A stretch of 64,000 bases of DNA from Clostridia bacterium (GCA_050951325.1 JBMNIW010000005.1:160001-224000), one strand, 5' to 3'; counted from the first letter of the stretch, positions 29,262 through 40,870 are shown. A program made the numbers and translations. Notes: generated by a model from the sequence alone, not told the origin.

Positions 29262-31253
29262 ATGCAAAAATACATAAACATCATTTTATCTTTTCTTTTG
29301 TTTGCAACGATTCTGCCAGGTCGTGCCGTTTCCCATGCAAGTGATCCTTCTACATGGACTGCAGTAGACGGTCTTGGAAGGAAACTGCCCGATCAAAGCG
29401 AAGTGGGCAGTGTTCGAAAAGACAGGTATGTAGGTATTTTTTACTGGACCTGGCATGACTTTTTTTCTGTGTGGGAGCCAAGGAATATTACAAAGATATT
29501 GGAGGAACATCCGGAAGCTGCAAATGATTTTTCTCATGCTGCCTGGGGCAATATGCCCAGTGGTTCTCCATATTTCTGGAATGAACCCATGTTTGGATAT
29601 TACAGCAGCAAGGATGTTTATGTTCTAAGAAAGCATGCGGAGCTTTTGGCAGATGCCTTGATTGATGTGATTGTGTTCGACTGCACGAATGATACCAACT
29701 TGTTTCTTGATGCTGCCAATGTGCTGTTCAAGGTGTTTGAGCAGGCTAAAGAGGAAGGTGTAAATGTTCCCAAATTTGCCTTTATGTTAAATATTAATCC
29801 TACAGTCATGATGGAAAACAACAGAATCGAACTTAGGGAATTGTACGAAAAGATTTACAAACTGGAGAAATACAAGGATCTGTGGTTCTACTGGGAAGGA
29901 AAACCAATAGTATTTTCTACTGACAAATGTTTGGATGCCTCTGATCCTTTGGAGAAGGAAATATTAGATTTCTTTACATTCAGAAGAATGGATGACATGT
30001 TTGATACCAAGGATACGAAGTATGAGGACAAGATGTGGGGGTGGCTATCCGTATACCCACAGACCAAGTATGGTGTGAGAGATGATGGAACTGTAGAACA
30101 GATGGCTGTTGGTATCGCCCAAAACTATAGTGATGAACATCGTTTGACGGCAATGAATGATCCAAGAGGTGGAGTGCATGGAAGAAGTTTTGCTGCAAAC
30201 GACTATTCATACTCCTATACTTACAAAGGCAAAACCATAACTGTTGATTCTAATACGGAAAACAAGATTTTGTATGGTCTTAATTTTCAGCAACAGTGGG
30301 ATTATGCATTATCTGTTGATCCGGATTTTATTTTTGTGACTGGTTGGAACGAGTGGATTGCAGGCAGATGGGAAAAGTGGATTGATGTTGACAATGCCTT
30401 TCCTGATCAATACAACGATGAATACAGCAGGGATATTGAACCTTCAAATGGATTTCTAAAGGATCATTACTATTACCAGCTGGTAGCAAATGTTAGAAGA
30501 TTCAAGGGAGTTAATGATACTGCCATACATGGTGAAATGAAAACTATTGATATTCATGGAGACATATCCCAGTGGAATGATGTAAAAGCAGAATATGTGC
30601 ATTATACAGGGAATACTCCAAAGAGGAGGAGTCACAAGGGATATGGAAGGACAAAATACACCTCCGACACGATGCGAAATGACATTGTGAAGGCAAAAGT
30701 TGCATATGATGAAAAGCATGTATACTTTTATGTTGAAACTGTAGACGCTTTGACAAGTCCTTCCGATAACGCATGGATGAGATTGTTTTTGGATGTTGAC
30801 TCTGATGATATGTTGGATTGGGAAGGCTTTGAGTATGTAGTTAACAGACTGTCTCCTTCTGAAAAAAAAGCTGTTCTGGAAAGAAGTCTGGGAGGCTGGA
30901 ATTGGGAGAAAGTAGGGGATGTAGAGTACTCGGTAAAGGGTAACGTGTTGCAGCTTGCTTTACCTAGGAACATGATAGGCATGGAGAAGGCGGTCAACTT
31001 TAATTTCAAATGGGTTGACAATACTCAGGAAGATGGCGACATTATGGATTTTTACAAGTCCGGAGATTCTGCACCTATAGGTAGATTTTCATTTGTATTC
31101 AGAAGTACGCCCCTTGACAGCAGCGTGGAAAGACAAGGATTGACATTGCCCTGGTATACTTATCTTTCCATGATTGTGGCGGTTATAAGTGTTCTGATGG
31201 CAGTTGGGTTCAGGTTGTTTGTTGTTAAAAGAAAGCTCAAATCATCTTCTTGA
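29262..31253 (+). CDS. membrane-anchored glycoside hydrolase-like protein, paralog B (no N-terminal extra domain)
   Basis: WTAVDGLGR, FWNEPMFGYY, RKHAELL, VTGWNEW, EYSRDIEP; signal peptide and C-terminal TM. Confidence 0.72.
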   Translation: MQKYINIILSFLLFATILPGRAVSHASDPSTWTAVDGLGRKLPDQSEVGSVRKDRYVGIFYWTWHDFFSVWEPRNITKILEEHPEAANDFSHAAWGNMPSGSPYFWNEPMFGYYSSKDVYVLRKHAELLADALIDVIVFDCTNDTNLFLDAANVLFKVFEQAKEEGVNVPKFAFMLNINPTVMMENNRIELRELYEKIYKLEKYKDLWFYWEGKPIVFSTDKCLDASDPLEKEILDFFTFRRMDDMFDTKDTKYEDKMWGWLSVYPQTKYGVRDDGTVEQMAVGIAQNYSDEHRLTAMNDPRGGVHGRSFAANDYSYSYTYKGKTITVDSNTENKILYGLNFQQQWDYALSVDPDFIFVTGWNEWIAGRWEKWIDVDNAFPDQYNDEYSRDIEPSNGFLKDHYYYQLVANVRRFKGVNDTAIHGEMKTIDIHGDISQWNDVKAEYVHYTGNTPKRRSHKGYGRTKYTSDTMRNDIVKAKVAYDEKHVYFYVETVDALTSPSDNAWMRLFLDVDSDDMLDWEGFEYVVNRLSPSEKKAVLERSLGGWNWEKVGDVEYSVKGNVLQLALPRNMIGMEKAVNFNFKWVDNTQEDGDIMDFYKSGDSAPIGRFSFVFRSTPLDSSVERQGLTLPWYTYLSMIVAVISVLMAVGFRLFVVKRKLKSSS

Positions 31254-31995
31254 TTTTGTCGTATTCCAAATATCCCCCAAAAATGTCCAGAGCGCTGCCT
31301 ACTGTGTAATCGACCTTGTTTTTACCTATGAGTTTGATTCTGTCAATATCGTCGTAGGAGGATATGCCTCCTGCATATGTAACGGGAATAGGGGAAGAGG
31401 ACAGTATTTCAACGAGTTTTTCGTCGATACCTGCCTTTTTTCCTTCTTTTGATATTGCATGAATAAGATATTCATCACAAAAGAATGAGAAGTACTCAAG
31501 TGTTTCTTCGTTTAGAATTGTGTTTGTAATCTTTGTCCATCTATCTGTTGCTATATGGTAGTTGTTGTCCTTTTCGATACAACTAAGATCAAGCACAAGT
31601 CTTTCTTTACCGCACAACTTGACCAATTTGCTCAAATTGTCCATTTCTATTCTGCCATCGTGAAATATGAAAGAAGTAACGATAACATGGGATGCACCTA
31701 AAGAAAGGTATTTTAGGCAATTGTCTGCATTAATGCCTCCTCCAATTTGCATTCCTGAAGGAAAGGCTTTCAATGCCTTTATTGCTTCCTCTTCAGTCTT
31801 TTTTGACTTGCAGAGTTTTATAACATGGCCGCCTTTGAGGTTGTCTTTCTTAAAGAGATTTGCGTAATATTCCGCATCTTTTGTTGAAACAAAATTTTCA
31901 AGCACACTATTATCGCTTATAGAGCTTCCAACTATCTGCTTTACTTTTCCTTCATGTATGTCAATACAGGGCCTGAATCTCATAATTGCCTCCAT
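31237..31995 (-). CDS. hisA: ProFAR isomerase, HIS6/eukaryote-like type
   Basis: FRPCIDIHEGKVKQIVG, GGHVI, QIGGGI, LVLDLSC, TYAGG, GSALDIFGG. Confidence 0.88.
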   Translation of the reverse strand: MEAIMRFRPCIDIHEGKVKQIVGSSISDNSVLENFVSTKDAEYYANLFKKDNLKGGHVIKLCKSKKTEEEAIKALKAFPSGMQIGGGINADNCLKYLSLGASHVIVTSFIFHDGRIEMDNLSKLVKLCGKERLVLDLSCIEKDNNYHIATDRWTKITNTILNEETLEYFSFFCDEYLIHAISKEGKKAGIDEKLVEILSSSPIPVTYAGGISSYDDIDRIKLIGKNKVDYTVGSALDIFGGYLEYDKIKKMI

Positions 31996-32073
31996 GCTAA
32001 ACTTGATAAGGATATTAAATTTATGGTATACTTCTGTATTGTAACATAAACAAAATGCTGTGGCAAAGAGGAG

Positions 32074-32814
32074 ATGGGTTTAGTGGTATCAATAAGGGAA
32101 GTCAGCAAAACTTATGGAAAAAAACAAGTCCCTGCTGTGGACAGCCTTAATCTTGAGATTAGGGAAGGAGAAATATTTGGATTTATTGGGCCAAATGGTG
32201 CAGGAAAGACTACGACAATAAAGATGCTGACTGGCATTCTTCCACCTGACAAAGGTTCCATAGTAATAGCTGGCGTTGATCTGGTCAAGAACCCCGTTGA
32301 AGCAAAAAGGAAAATCGGGTATGTGCCCGACAATCCAAACATATATGAGAGATTGACCGGCATGGAATATCTGGAGTTCATTGGAGATGTTTACGGCGTT
32401 CCATATGCAGAGAGAAGGGAAAGAATCAACAAGTATATGAAGATGTTCGAAATGGAATTCTCCTTTAACGACCAGATAAGAAGCTATTCTCATGGTATGA
32501 GGCAGAAACTTCTCATTACTGGAGCGCTTTTGCACAATCCAAAGGTATGGATTTTGGATGAGCCGCTTACCGGTCTTGATCCTAGATCCTCTTTTTTGCT
32601 GAAAGAACAGATGAAAGAACACAAGAATAATGGTAATACTGTGTTTTTCTCAACACATATTCTGGAGGTTGCAGAGAAACTTTGCGACAGAATAGGAATA
32701 ATTGACAAGGGAAGACTTATCCTTGTAGGTACTATAGAGGAGCTTAAGGAAAAAGCCCAAAAGAATTCTTCTTTGGAAGATGTCTTTATGACAATTACCG
32801 GTCAAGAGGGATAA
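32074..32814 (+). CDS. ABC transporter ATP-binding protein
   Basis: GPNGAGKTT, YSHGMRQK, LDEP, H-loop STH. Confidence 0.93.
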   Translation: MGLVVSIREVSKTYGKKQVPAVDSLNLEIREGEIFGFIGPNGAGKTTTIKMLTGILPPDKGSIVIAGVDLVKNPVEAKRKIGYVPDNPNIYERLTGMEYLEFIGDVYGVPYAERRERINKYMKMFEMEFSFNDQIRSYSHGMRQKLLITGALLHNPKVWILDEPLTGLDPRSSFLLKEQMKEHKNNGNTVFFSTHILEVAEKLCDRIGIIDKGRLILVGTIEELKEKAQKNSSLEDVFMTITGQEG

Positions 32815-32816
32815 TT

Positions 32817-34482
32817 ATGAATAGATTTAAAAAACTTCTGTTTTTTAGGCTTAAAAACATGCTGGGCATACCCCAGCTGAAATATATGATGAAGAACAAT
32901 GAAAAAAGCCAGTTGTATCTCGCAGGCTTTCTACTATTGTTTTTAATAGTGGCAGCATCCTTGCTTGCACCATATTTTCTTATTCTAAATTTTGCATATG
33001 AGGCAACAGAGATTTTGGGAGACACAACCCTTTTTATCTCTCTGCTTACTTCGTCTGGACAAATTCTTTTACTGTTTACAGGAATTCTCTATTGTTTTAA
33101 TTCCATGTACACATCCAGGGATAGCGAGTTTTTGTTGTCATTGCCATTCCCTAGAGGGTATCTTTTCCTTTCCTCATACATTATGTCCTACATCATGAAC
33201 TTTTTTACAAGCCTTCTTTTGCTTATACCCGGGCTAGTTGTTTACCTGAACAAAGCAGGTGATATTTCCGTATTTATAAAAGGATTGATTTTATCAATAC
33301 TCTATCCAATAATACCGGTATCCTTGTCCATGATTATTGTCATACCCATAATGTATGCTGTAAACAGATTTAAACACAAGGACATTATTGCAACAGTGGC
33401 TGGATTTGTGCTTATGGTTCTTTTTATAACTGCAAATATGGCTTTTTCATCAAGCATGCAGGAAGGACAGGAAGCTGAATTTCTTGCAAAACTATTCAGT
33501 GAAAGAATTGACTTGCCAAAGCTGACAAAGGGGCTGGTCCCTTACTCTGCATTTATGAAGGAGTTCCTGGTAAATGAAAAGATTGGCGGAGCAACAAGCT
33601 TTGTTGTTCTTGCTGTTTTGTCTGCTTTTGTTGTTATTGTAGCTTATATGCTTTGTAGACGGCTTTATGAAAGTCTGCAGCAAAAAATCGGACATGCAGG
33701 AAAGAAAGAAAAAGCGGTGGATATAGCATGCAATCAAGGTAGGAAATCCAAGACTGGCATTTTGCAAAAAGGAAATTAAACTTATCTTGCGAAGTCCTGT
33801 TTATGCCTTGAATTGCCTTTTGAATATTGTTTTGGGACCGCTTGCTGTGATTTCAATATTTAAGCTGTCCACAAACAGCGAAGAAGCTGTTGCGTTGGAT
33901 GCTTTGGTAGAATCCTTCAGGGACAAACCATATGTTCTTCTATACATTTTCTATGGTTTTGTAATGTTTTTGACCTCCTTGAATTTTGCTCCATCAACTA
34001 CATTTTCAAGAGAAGGCGAGCATTTCTGGCTTACAAAGGTTATTCCTGTTCCCTATGTGGAGCAGGTTAAGGGTAGGATTTATGCCAGTGTAATATTCTA
34101 TCTTTGCTGCTGTGTTACGATGACAGTACTTCTACAGTTCTTTATCAGGCTTAAGCTTGTTTATTTCCTTTCTGTAATTGTTTTGATACTGGCAAGTGTT
34201 TTACAGATAACATATATGAGTTTGGCTGTTGATTTGATAAAACCAAAGCTGCATTGGTCGACAGAAGCGGAAGCGGTAAAGAGGAATTTCAACGCGGTAA
34301 TTGGGATGCTTTTGTCATTGGTGCTGGTGGTTATAAATGCATTGCCTGTATTTTTATCTGTTAAGGTAAACGCCAACTTAGGCATTGTATTAAGCCTTGT
34401 CATATCCATTGCAATTGCAATTTTATCAAGATATGTACTGATGAGATTAGTTAATGAAAGATATGAACTAATAAATGTTTAG
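32817..34482 (+). pseudogene. ABC-2 type permease split by a +1 frameshift near 33727
   Basis: multi-TM ORFs 32817-33779 and 33787-34482; the downstream frame stays open back to 33727 (IKVGNPRLAFCKKEIKLILRSPVY); SREG motif. Confidence 0.75.
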
Positions 34483-34494
34483 AAGAGGTGTATT

Positions 34495-36744
34495 ATGGTA
34501 GAACTTATTAACGAGGGTGTATTTTACAAAAACGGTGAATTGGTTGCAGACAAGAATGCAAATTTTGAGGAGGTTGAAGCTGGCAGGAAGAAAACCATAA
34601 GTTATGGCATATTCTCAAAACATAATCATGGAAGTAATGATAAGGAGTTGAAAATCAAATTTGATGCGCTGGCATCACATGATATTACATATGTAGGAAT
34701 AATTCAAACAGCAAGAGCCAGTGGTCTTAAAGAATTTAAAGTACCTTATGTCCTTACCAACTGCCACAACAGCCTATGTGCGGTAGGCGGCACAATAAAC
34801 GAGGATGATCACGCTTTTGGTTTGTCTGCTGCAAAGAAATATGGCGGCATATTTGTGCCTGCGCATTTTGCGGTTATTCACCAATATATGAGGGAAATGT
34901 TTGCAGGATGTGGAAAAATGATAATTGGATCCGACAGTCATACAAGATATGGTGCACTTGGAACAATGGCAGTTGGCGAAGGAGGTCCGGAGCTTGTAAA
35001 GCAATTACTTGGAAGATATTATGAGATAAAGTATCCGGAAGTTATTGCTGTATATTTAACCGGAAGGCCAAAACCAGGAGTAGGCCCACAGGACGTGGCT
35101 TTAGCCTTGATTGGCAAAGTGTTTAAGAATGGATTTGTTAAAAACAAGGTGCTGGAGTTTATTGGACCTGGTGTAAAAAACTTGTCTGTTGATTACAGAA
35201 TGGGTATAGATGTAATGACTACTGAAACCACATGCTTGTCATCCATCTGGGAAACCGACGACAAGGTACGCAAATATTTGGAAGTTCATGGTCGAGCCAA
35301 CGACTTTAGCGAGCTTGCACCTCAGGAGGGCGCATACTATGATGGAGTTGTGGAAGTGAATCTTTCTGAAATAGAATGTATGATTGCTCTTCCTTTCCAT
35401 CCAAGTAATGTTTATACAATAAAGGAATTTTTGACGAATGCAAAAGACATACTGGCAGAAGTTGAAAAAGAAGGAAGAGAGCAGTATGGTGACAAAGTCA
35501 TGTCTTACAATCTTGTAGACAAGGTGGTCAATGGCAAGGTAATGGTTGACCAGGGTATTGTGGCAGGCTGCTCTGGCGGTACATATGAGAATGTATGTGC
35601 TGTAACCGATATCATAAAAGGAAAGAGAGTTGGTGCAGGCGGATTCAATTTCAGTGTATATCCTGCAAGCCAGCCTCTGTATTATGAACTGGTTAACAAT
35701 GGTTATATTCCTGAACTGATGCTTAGCGGTGCGGTTATCAGAAGCGCTTTTTGCGGTCCGTGTTTTGGTGCTGGAGACGTTCCTTCGCATAATGGATTAA
35801 GTATTAGACATACTACCCGAAACTTCCCGAACAGGGAAGGCTCAAAGCCATCCGAAGGCCAGATTTCATGGGTTGCCTTGATGGATGCCAGGTCTATTGC
35901 AGCCACCGCTGTTAATGGAGGTGTATTGACTCCTGCAACGGAGGTTTGTACTGAAGAAAAGGAATATGAGTATAAATTCAATAATATGGTTTATGAAAAC
36001 AGGGTGTACAATGGCTTTGGCAAGCCCATGCCGGAACATGAACTTAGGTTTGGTCCGAATATTGCTGACTGGCCAAAAATGCAACAACTGGGCGAAAATA
36101 TACTTCTTGAGGTTGCCTCGGTTATAACTGACCCTGTTACAACCACCGATGAACTCATTCCCAGTGGTGAAACCTCATCATTCCGTTCAAACCCATTGAG
36201 ACTTGCAGAGTTTACTCTATCGAGAAAAGATCCAAACTATGTAGGAAGAGCAAAGCAGATTCAAGCTTTGGAAAAGGCAAGACTTAATAGTGAATATGAC
36301 AAGCTTGATGCTGTATTTAGTGGTATAGGCGATGCAAAGGAACTTGCTCCTGTTACTCAAATAGGCAGTGTAGTATATGCCGTAAAGCCTGGAGATGGTT
36401 CTGCTAGAGAGCAAGCTGCATCTTGCCAGAAAGTGCTTGGTGGATATGCGAATATAGCATGTGCTTATGCAACAAAGAGATACAGAAGCAACCTTATCAA
36501 CTGGGGAATTCTGCCTTTTACTACATTGAACGGAGAACATGTTGAGTTCAATGTAGGTGACAGAATATTTATTAAAGGTATCAGGAAGGCTGTAGAGGAC
36601 GGAAGTGAGCAAGTAAATGCCAAAGTATACGGCATTGATGGAGTTAGAGACATCAATCTTTGTCTAAATGATTTGTCAGATAATGAAAGAGAAATTTTGC
36701 TTTCGGGCTGTTTGATAAATTACTACAATATTCAGGAGGATTGA
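34495..36744 (+). CDS. aconitase-family hydratase (YbhJ-like)
   Basis: [48 protein letters not shown]. Confidence 0.9.
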   Translation: MVELINEGVFYKNGELVADKNANFEEVEAGRKKTISYGIFSKHNHGSNDKELKIKFDALASHDITYVGIIQTARASGLKEFKVPYVLTNCHNSLCAVGGTINEDDHAFGLSAAKKYGGIFVPAHFAVIHQYMREMFAGCGKMIIGSDSHTRYGALGTMAVGEGGPELVKQLLGRYYEIKYPEVIAVYLTGRPKPGVGPQDVALALIGKVFKNGFVKNKVLEFIGPGVKNLSVDYRMGIDVMTTETTCLSSIWETDDKVRKYLEVHGRANDFSELAPQEGAYYDGVVEVNLSEIECMIALPFHPSNVYTIKEFLTNAKDILAEVEKEGREQYGDKVMSYNLVDKVVNGKVMVDQGIVAGCSGGTYENVCAVTDIIKGKRVGAGGFNFSVYPASQPLYYELVNNGYIPELMLSGAVIRSAFCGPCFGAGDVPSHNGLSIRHTTRNFPNREGSKPSEGQISWVALMDARSIAATAVNGGVLTPATEVCTEEKEYEYKFNNMVYENRVYNGFGKPMPEHELRFGPNIADWPKMQQLGENILLEVASVITDPVTTTDELIPSGETSSFRSNPLRLAEFTLSRKDPNYVGRAKQIQALEKARLNSEYDKLDAVFSGIGDAKELAPVTQIGSVVYAVKPGDGSAREQAASCQKVLGGYANIACAYATKRYRSNLINWGILPFTTLNGEHVEFNVGDRIFIKGIRKAVEDGSEQVNAKVYGIDGVRDINLCLNDLSDNEREILLSGCLINYYNIQED

Positions 36745-36745
36745 C

Positions 36746-37366
36746 ATGAATAGAATAGTTAGAAATGTAATTGGTTTTTTGTTGGTTTTTGGTATTGTAT
36801 TTGCCATAACAGGCTGCAAAAAAGAAGAGGATTATTCAAATGTTGAAAACCCTATTGTTACTATGGAGTTTGAAGAATTTGGAGTTGTGGAAATCGAACT
36901 TTATCCACAGGTGGCTCCAAATACAGTCAAGAACTTTATTCACTTAATCGAAAACGGTTTTTATGACGGTCTGACAATTCACAGAATTGTACCTGGTTTT
37001 GTAATCCAGGGAGGAGATCCAAATGGTGATGGTACCGGAGGTCCGGGATATACAATAAAAGGAGAATTCAAGTCAAACGGATATAATAAAAACAATCTAA
37101 AACACACCCAGGGAGTAATATCCATGGCCAGAAGACCAACCTCAAACAATTCTGCCGGCTCCCAGTTTTTTATAATGCTTGCAGACCATTCATCTCTCGA
37201 TGGAGATTATGCTGCGTTTGGAAAAGTAATTAGTGGCATGGATGTTGTTTTTGATATTAGTACTGTAGCGACAAATAAAGAAAGACCAGTTGACCCTGTG
37301 GTTATAAAAAAGGTTACGGTGGATACAAAAGGACACACTTACAGTGAGCCTGACAAAATAAAATAA
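36746..37366 (+). CDS. cyclophilin-type peptidyl-prolyl isomerase, lipoprotein
   Basis: lipobox ITGC; APNTVKNF, HRIVPGFVIQGGDP, SAGSQFFI. Confidence 0.92.
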   Translation: MNRIVRNVIGFLLVFGIVFAITGCKKEEDYSNVENPIVTMEFEEFGVVEIELYPQVAPNTVKNFIHLIENGFYDGLTIHRIVPGFVIQGGDPNGDGTGGPGYTIKGEFKSNGYNKNNLKHTQGVISMARRPTSNNSAGSQFFIMLADHSSLDGDYAAFGKVISGMDVVFDISTVATNKERPVDPVVIKKVTVDTKGHTYSEPDKIK

Positions 37367-37384
37367 CAATGAAGTAGGTGACTT

Positions 37385-38749
37385 ATGAAAGAATTTTACG
37401 GAGATGATGTTTTTTTGGAAAATGAAGTGGCAGTGGAATTGTATAATGCTGTAAAAGAACTGCCCATATACGATTATCATTGCCACATGTCAGCAAAAGA
37501 CATTTTTGAGGACAAACAATTTGACAACATAGGCGAAATGTGGTTGGGCGGCGACCATTACAAGTGGCGTGCCATGAGACAGTGCGGAATCAATGAAGAA
37601 CTTGTAACCGGAAACGCAAGCATGCATGACAAGTTTATAGCTTTTGCCTCAATATTGCCAAAGCTTCCAGGCAGCCCTATATATCAATGGGCGCATATGG
37701 AGCTAAAGACTGTATTTGGCATTAGCGATCCTTTAAGTGCTGACAATGCTGAAGAAGTCTGGCAGGAGGCAAACAAGGTAATAAAAGAAAAGGGGTATAG
37801 TCCTTCAAAAATGCTTGAGCTTTTTAATGTCGAGGTTGTATGCACCACGGATGACCCGATTGATGATTTGGAGTACCATAAGAAGCTTAAGGATTACAAA
37901 ACCAAGGTGCGTCCAACATACAGACCCGACAGAATAATGTATATTGAGAAGGATGACTTTGTTGAGTACATTGGAAAGCTTGGAGCAGATTCCTTTGATT
38001 CATTGTTGAAGATTTCAGAAGACAGACTGCGTTATTTTATCGATGCAGGTTGCAAAGTGTCCGATCATGCAATATCCAAGTTCCCAAAAGTCCAAGGGAC
38101 TTACGAAGAAGCAAAAAATGCTTTTGATAAAAAGATGAAAGGCATGCAACTTGATCAAAATGAAATGGATGCATATGTGGATTACATGCTTTTATTCTTT
38201 ATTGGATTGTATAAAAAGCATGACATTACCATGCAGCTCCACATGTCGCCCCTTAGAAATGCGAACACAAACATGTTTAAGGCAATAGGAGCTGACACGG
38301 GTTTTGATACCATTGGAACTGCTGTAACAGCAGAGAAGCTTGTAGATATTCTGGATAGGGCAAACACTCAGACGGGATTACCCAAGATTGTATTCTATTC
38401 ATTGAATCCTGTTGCAGATAATATGATAGCTACAGTTATTGGTTCGTTTTCAGAAGATATCCCCGGAAAGATGCAGCTTGGTTCTGCCTGGTGGTTTAAC
38501 GACCATGTTCAGGGTATTGAAAGACAACTTACAATATCAGCAAACAGCGGTCTTTTGGGTAACTTCATAGGAATGCTGACAGACAGCAGAAGCTTTACCT
38601 CATACGTACGCTTTGATTACTTTAGACGTATTCTTTGTTCTGTAGTATCGCGATACGTTGTAGGAGGGGAATACCCAGGTGGAGATACAGCAATCCAGCT
38701 GGTCAAGGATGTATGTTATTACAATGTGAAGAAATATATTGGGATATAA
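37385..38749 (+). CDS. uxaC: glucuronate (uronate) isomerase
   Basis: DYHCH, GDHYKWRAMR, TTDDP, GSAWWFND, GMLTDSRS. Confidence 0.95.
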   Translation: MKEFYGDDVFLENEVAVELYNAVKELPIYDYHCHMSAKDIFEDKQFDNIGEMWLGGDHYKWRAMRQCGINEELVTGNASMHDKFIAFASILPKLPGSPIYQWAHMELKTVFGISDPLSADNAEEVWQEANKVIKEKGYSPSKMLELFNVEVVCTTDDPIDDLEYHKKLKDYKTKVRPTYRPDRIMYIEKDDFVEYIGKLGADSFDSLLKISEDRLRYFIDAGCKVSDHAISKFPKVQGTYEEAKNAFDKKMKGMQLDQNEMDAYVDYMLLFFIGLYKKHDITMQLHMSPLRNANTNMFKAIGADTGFDTIGTAVTAEKLVDILDRANTQTGLPKIVFYSLNPVADNMIATVIGSFSEDIPGKMQLGSAWWFNDHVQGIERQLTISANSGLLGNFIGMLTDSRSFTSYVRFDYFRRILCSVVSRYVVGGEYPGGDTAIQLVKDVCYYNVKKYIGI

Positions 38750-38751
38750 TT

Positions 38752-38790
38752 AAAAATGACGTCAGCCATATTAAGGCTGGCGTCATTTTT
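38752..38790. terminator. bidirectional terminator
   Basis: AAAATGACGTCAGCC/GGCTGGCGTCATTTT. Confidence 0.75.
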
Positions 38791-38791
38791 G

Positions 38792-39214
38792 TTAATCCTT
38801 TTCGATATTGAATGCAAATATGCCTTTTCCGGCCTTGTTGTTTACTACAAGGCATATGAAATTGTATGTAACTCCGCCTACTTTCACTGTTCCTCCTATT
38901 TTGCATGATGATCCCTTGTGTTCCGAAGTATAAGCAGCTACATTTATGCTTGTAGTTTTTAAATCGGTTACGTCCCCAGAAAGAATAATGTTATTGTCTG
39001 TCAACTGTTTTACGAAATCTTCAATAACATCTTCATCTTCCTTTGCATCAGGATGCAGAAGCTCTTCAGCCTTTTCGTATTCATTTGCTACAATAGCTTC
39101 AAGAAAATCAGTGGTGTATTTTTTTGCTTCACTTGTGCTGACTGTATTTCCGCAAGAAGTCAAAAGAAAAATACCAATGAGAATAAAAAGAATCAACGCT
39201 ATTTTTCTTTTCAT
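38792..39214 (-). CDS. hypothetical lipoprotein (NTF2-like?)
   Basis: lipobox LTSC; FLEAI..YEKAEELLHP helix typical of NTF2-like lipoproteins. Confidence 0.7.
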   Translation of the reverse strand: MKRKIALILFILIGIFLLTSCGNTVSTSEAKKYTTDFLEAIVANEYEKAEELLHPDAKEDEDVIEDFVKQLTDNNIILSGDVTDLKTTSINVAAYTSEHKGSSCKIGGTVKVGGVTYNFICLVVNNKAGKGIFAFNIEKD

Positions 39215-39295
39215 TACCAAAATCACCTCTTTTTATATTATCTAGATTAACTATCCTATAAAAATAAAATAAAGTAAAGACTATGAAACTTTTTT

Positions 39296-39871
39296 ATGAT
39301 AGATTTACACTTATATATTGAAGGCGGTGATAAAGTGGTCGACCAGGACATAAACAGCTTTTTTAATGAAATTTATGACAGGACCTTTAAAAATACAATA
39401 CGATATATAACTGCAAAATGCTCCAATGTTGACGACATTCATGAGATTGTCCAGGAGGTGTATGCGGATGTTTATTCTACGCTTGTAAATAAAGGTGTCG
39501 GATACATAAAAAATCCTGAAGCCTTTATTGCCAAGGTAACCAAATCAAAAGTATACAGGCATTACTCATTGTTGGAAAGAATCAGAGGAGTGGTAATTAG
39601 TAATGAAAATGGTGTGGATGATTATGGTGTTGAAACTCTTGAGACCTATACGATAGAGGAAGAGGTAATAAACAAGCAGATGGTGGATGATGTGTTTGAA
39701 CATCTATCAAAAAAAACTGACGATGTAAAAAGAATATTCTATCTATTCTATTATGTCGATATGACAATTGAGGAAATTGCAAACGATCTTGATATTAGCG
39801 TATCGAATGTAAAAAACAAGTTATATCGTACTGTGAGGGAGTTAAGAACAATATATGGGAAGGGTGAGTGA
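39296..39871 (+). CDS. ECF RNA polymerase sigma factor
   Basis: region 2 (DIHEIVQEVY) and region 4 (MTIEEIANDLDISVSNVKNKLYR); true start may be the GTG near 39335. Confidence 0.88.
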   Translation: MIDLHLYIEGGDKVVDQDINSFFNEIYDRTFKNTIRYITAKCSNVDDIHEIVQEVYADVYSTLVNKGVGYIKNPEAFIAKVTKSKVYRHYSLLERIRGVVISNENGVDDYGVETLETYTIEEEVINKQMVDDVFEHLSKKTDDVKRIFYLFYYVDMTIEEIANDLDISVSNVKNKLYRTVRELRTIYGKGE

Positions 39872-40778
39872 GGTGAAAGAAAAGGAATTTCTTAAGAATG
39901 TAATTGAGAACAAAGTTATGCAAAAAGAAAGAATTCGAGAAAGAATAATAAATCAAGGGCATAAGAAGGAGGTACTGCCAATGAAAAAGAAGTTTACCAT
40001 AGCTGCATCTATTGTACTTGTATTTGTGATTGTTTTTGCAACGTATGCGTATGTTGATGCTAAGGAGTACAAGGAAGCTGTTCTTTTTCTGAATGAAATA
40101 GGTATTCAGGAAGGAATGCTGTCCCGTTCTGAAACAAAGAAAGTATACAAGGATATAAAATCCGGCAATTTTGATGAGCCTGTAACCAATGCAGTTCTTA
40201 CAAAGGTCGCTGAGAATTATGGCTTGAATATTGAAAATCAAAAAGCTGAAGAAATCTATGCATCAATACGTACCTACAACATGCTTACCTATACTAAAAA
40301 GATTTTGTCTGAAGATGTCTTGAATATTGAAAAGGGCATGACATACAAGGAGATAATTGATTTGCTGGGTGAGACAAAGGATATTGGTACTGTTGATGAG
40401 CATACTCTCATGTATGTGGTGGATGGAACAAAACTTCTCTACCTGAAGTTTTCTGATGAAGACGATGTGTGTGAATTGTCAGGAAAAGAACTTTTGGATA
40501 CTCTTGTAAATGCTGTACAGGATCAAAAAGACAAAAACACATTTAAAGCGACAGTAATCAGCAAAGGTAAAAACCATGTTTTTCTATCCTGTCCTACCTA
40601 TGAGCTTTTTGATTCTATTTACCTTATGATTGATGATAAGACAGAGATTGTGTTTGAGGATGGTACAAAAGCTACAGTGGACGATATTGAAGGAGAAGTT
40701 ATTGCAACCTTTACTGGAGGCATACGTGAAAGCTATCCTCCTCAGTCAAATGCAAAGAAGATAGTTATAATTAGATAG
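39855..40778 (+). CDS. putative anti-sigma factor (single TM, extracellular domains)
   Basis: overlaps the sigma gene; short cytoplasmic N-terminus, one TM; GMTYKEIIDLLG and IRESYPPQ motifs. Confidence 0.65.
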   Translation: MGRVSEVKEKEFLKNVIENKVMQKERIRERIINQGHKKEVLPMKKKFTIAASIVLVFVIVFATYAYVDAKEYKEAVLFLNEIGIQEGMLSRSETKKVYKDIKSGNFDEPVTNAVLTKVAENYGLNIENQKAEEIYASIRTYNMLTYTKKILSEDVLNIEKGMTYKEIIDLLGETKDIGTVDEHTLMYVVDGTKLLYLKFSDEDDVCELSGKELLDTLVNAVQDQKDKNTFKATVISKGKNHVFLSCPTYELFDSIYLMIDDKTEIVFEDGTKATVDDIEGEVIATFTGGIRESYPPQSNAKKIVIIR

Positions 40779-40788
40779 GGAAGAGAGT

Positions 40789-40820
40789 ATCAAGGCAGGA
40801 TTTCCTGCCTTGATGCATTT
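40789..40820 (+). terminator. intrinsic terminator
   Basis: ATCAAGGCAGGA/TCCTGCCTTGAT stem. Confidence 0.65.
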
Positions 40821-40870
40821 TCGGCCATTATGTGGTATGATATATATAATAATGGTTGGAGGTAAATATA

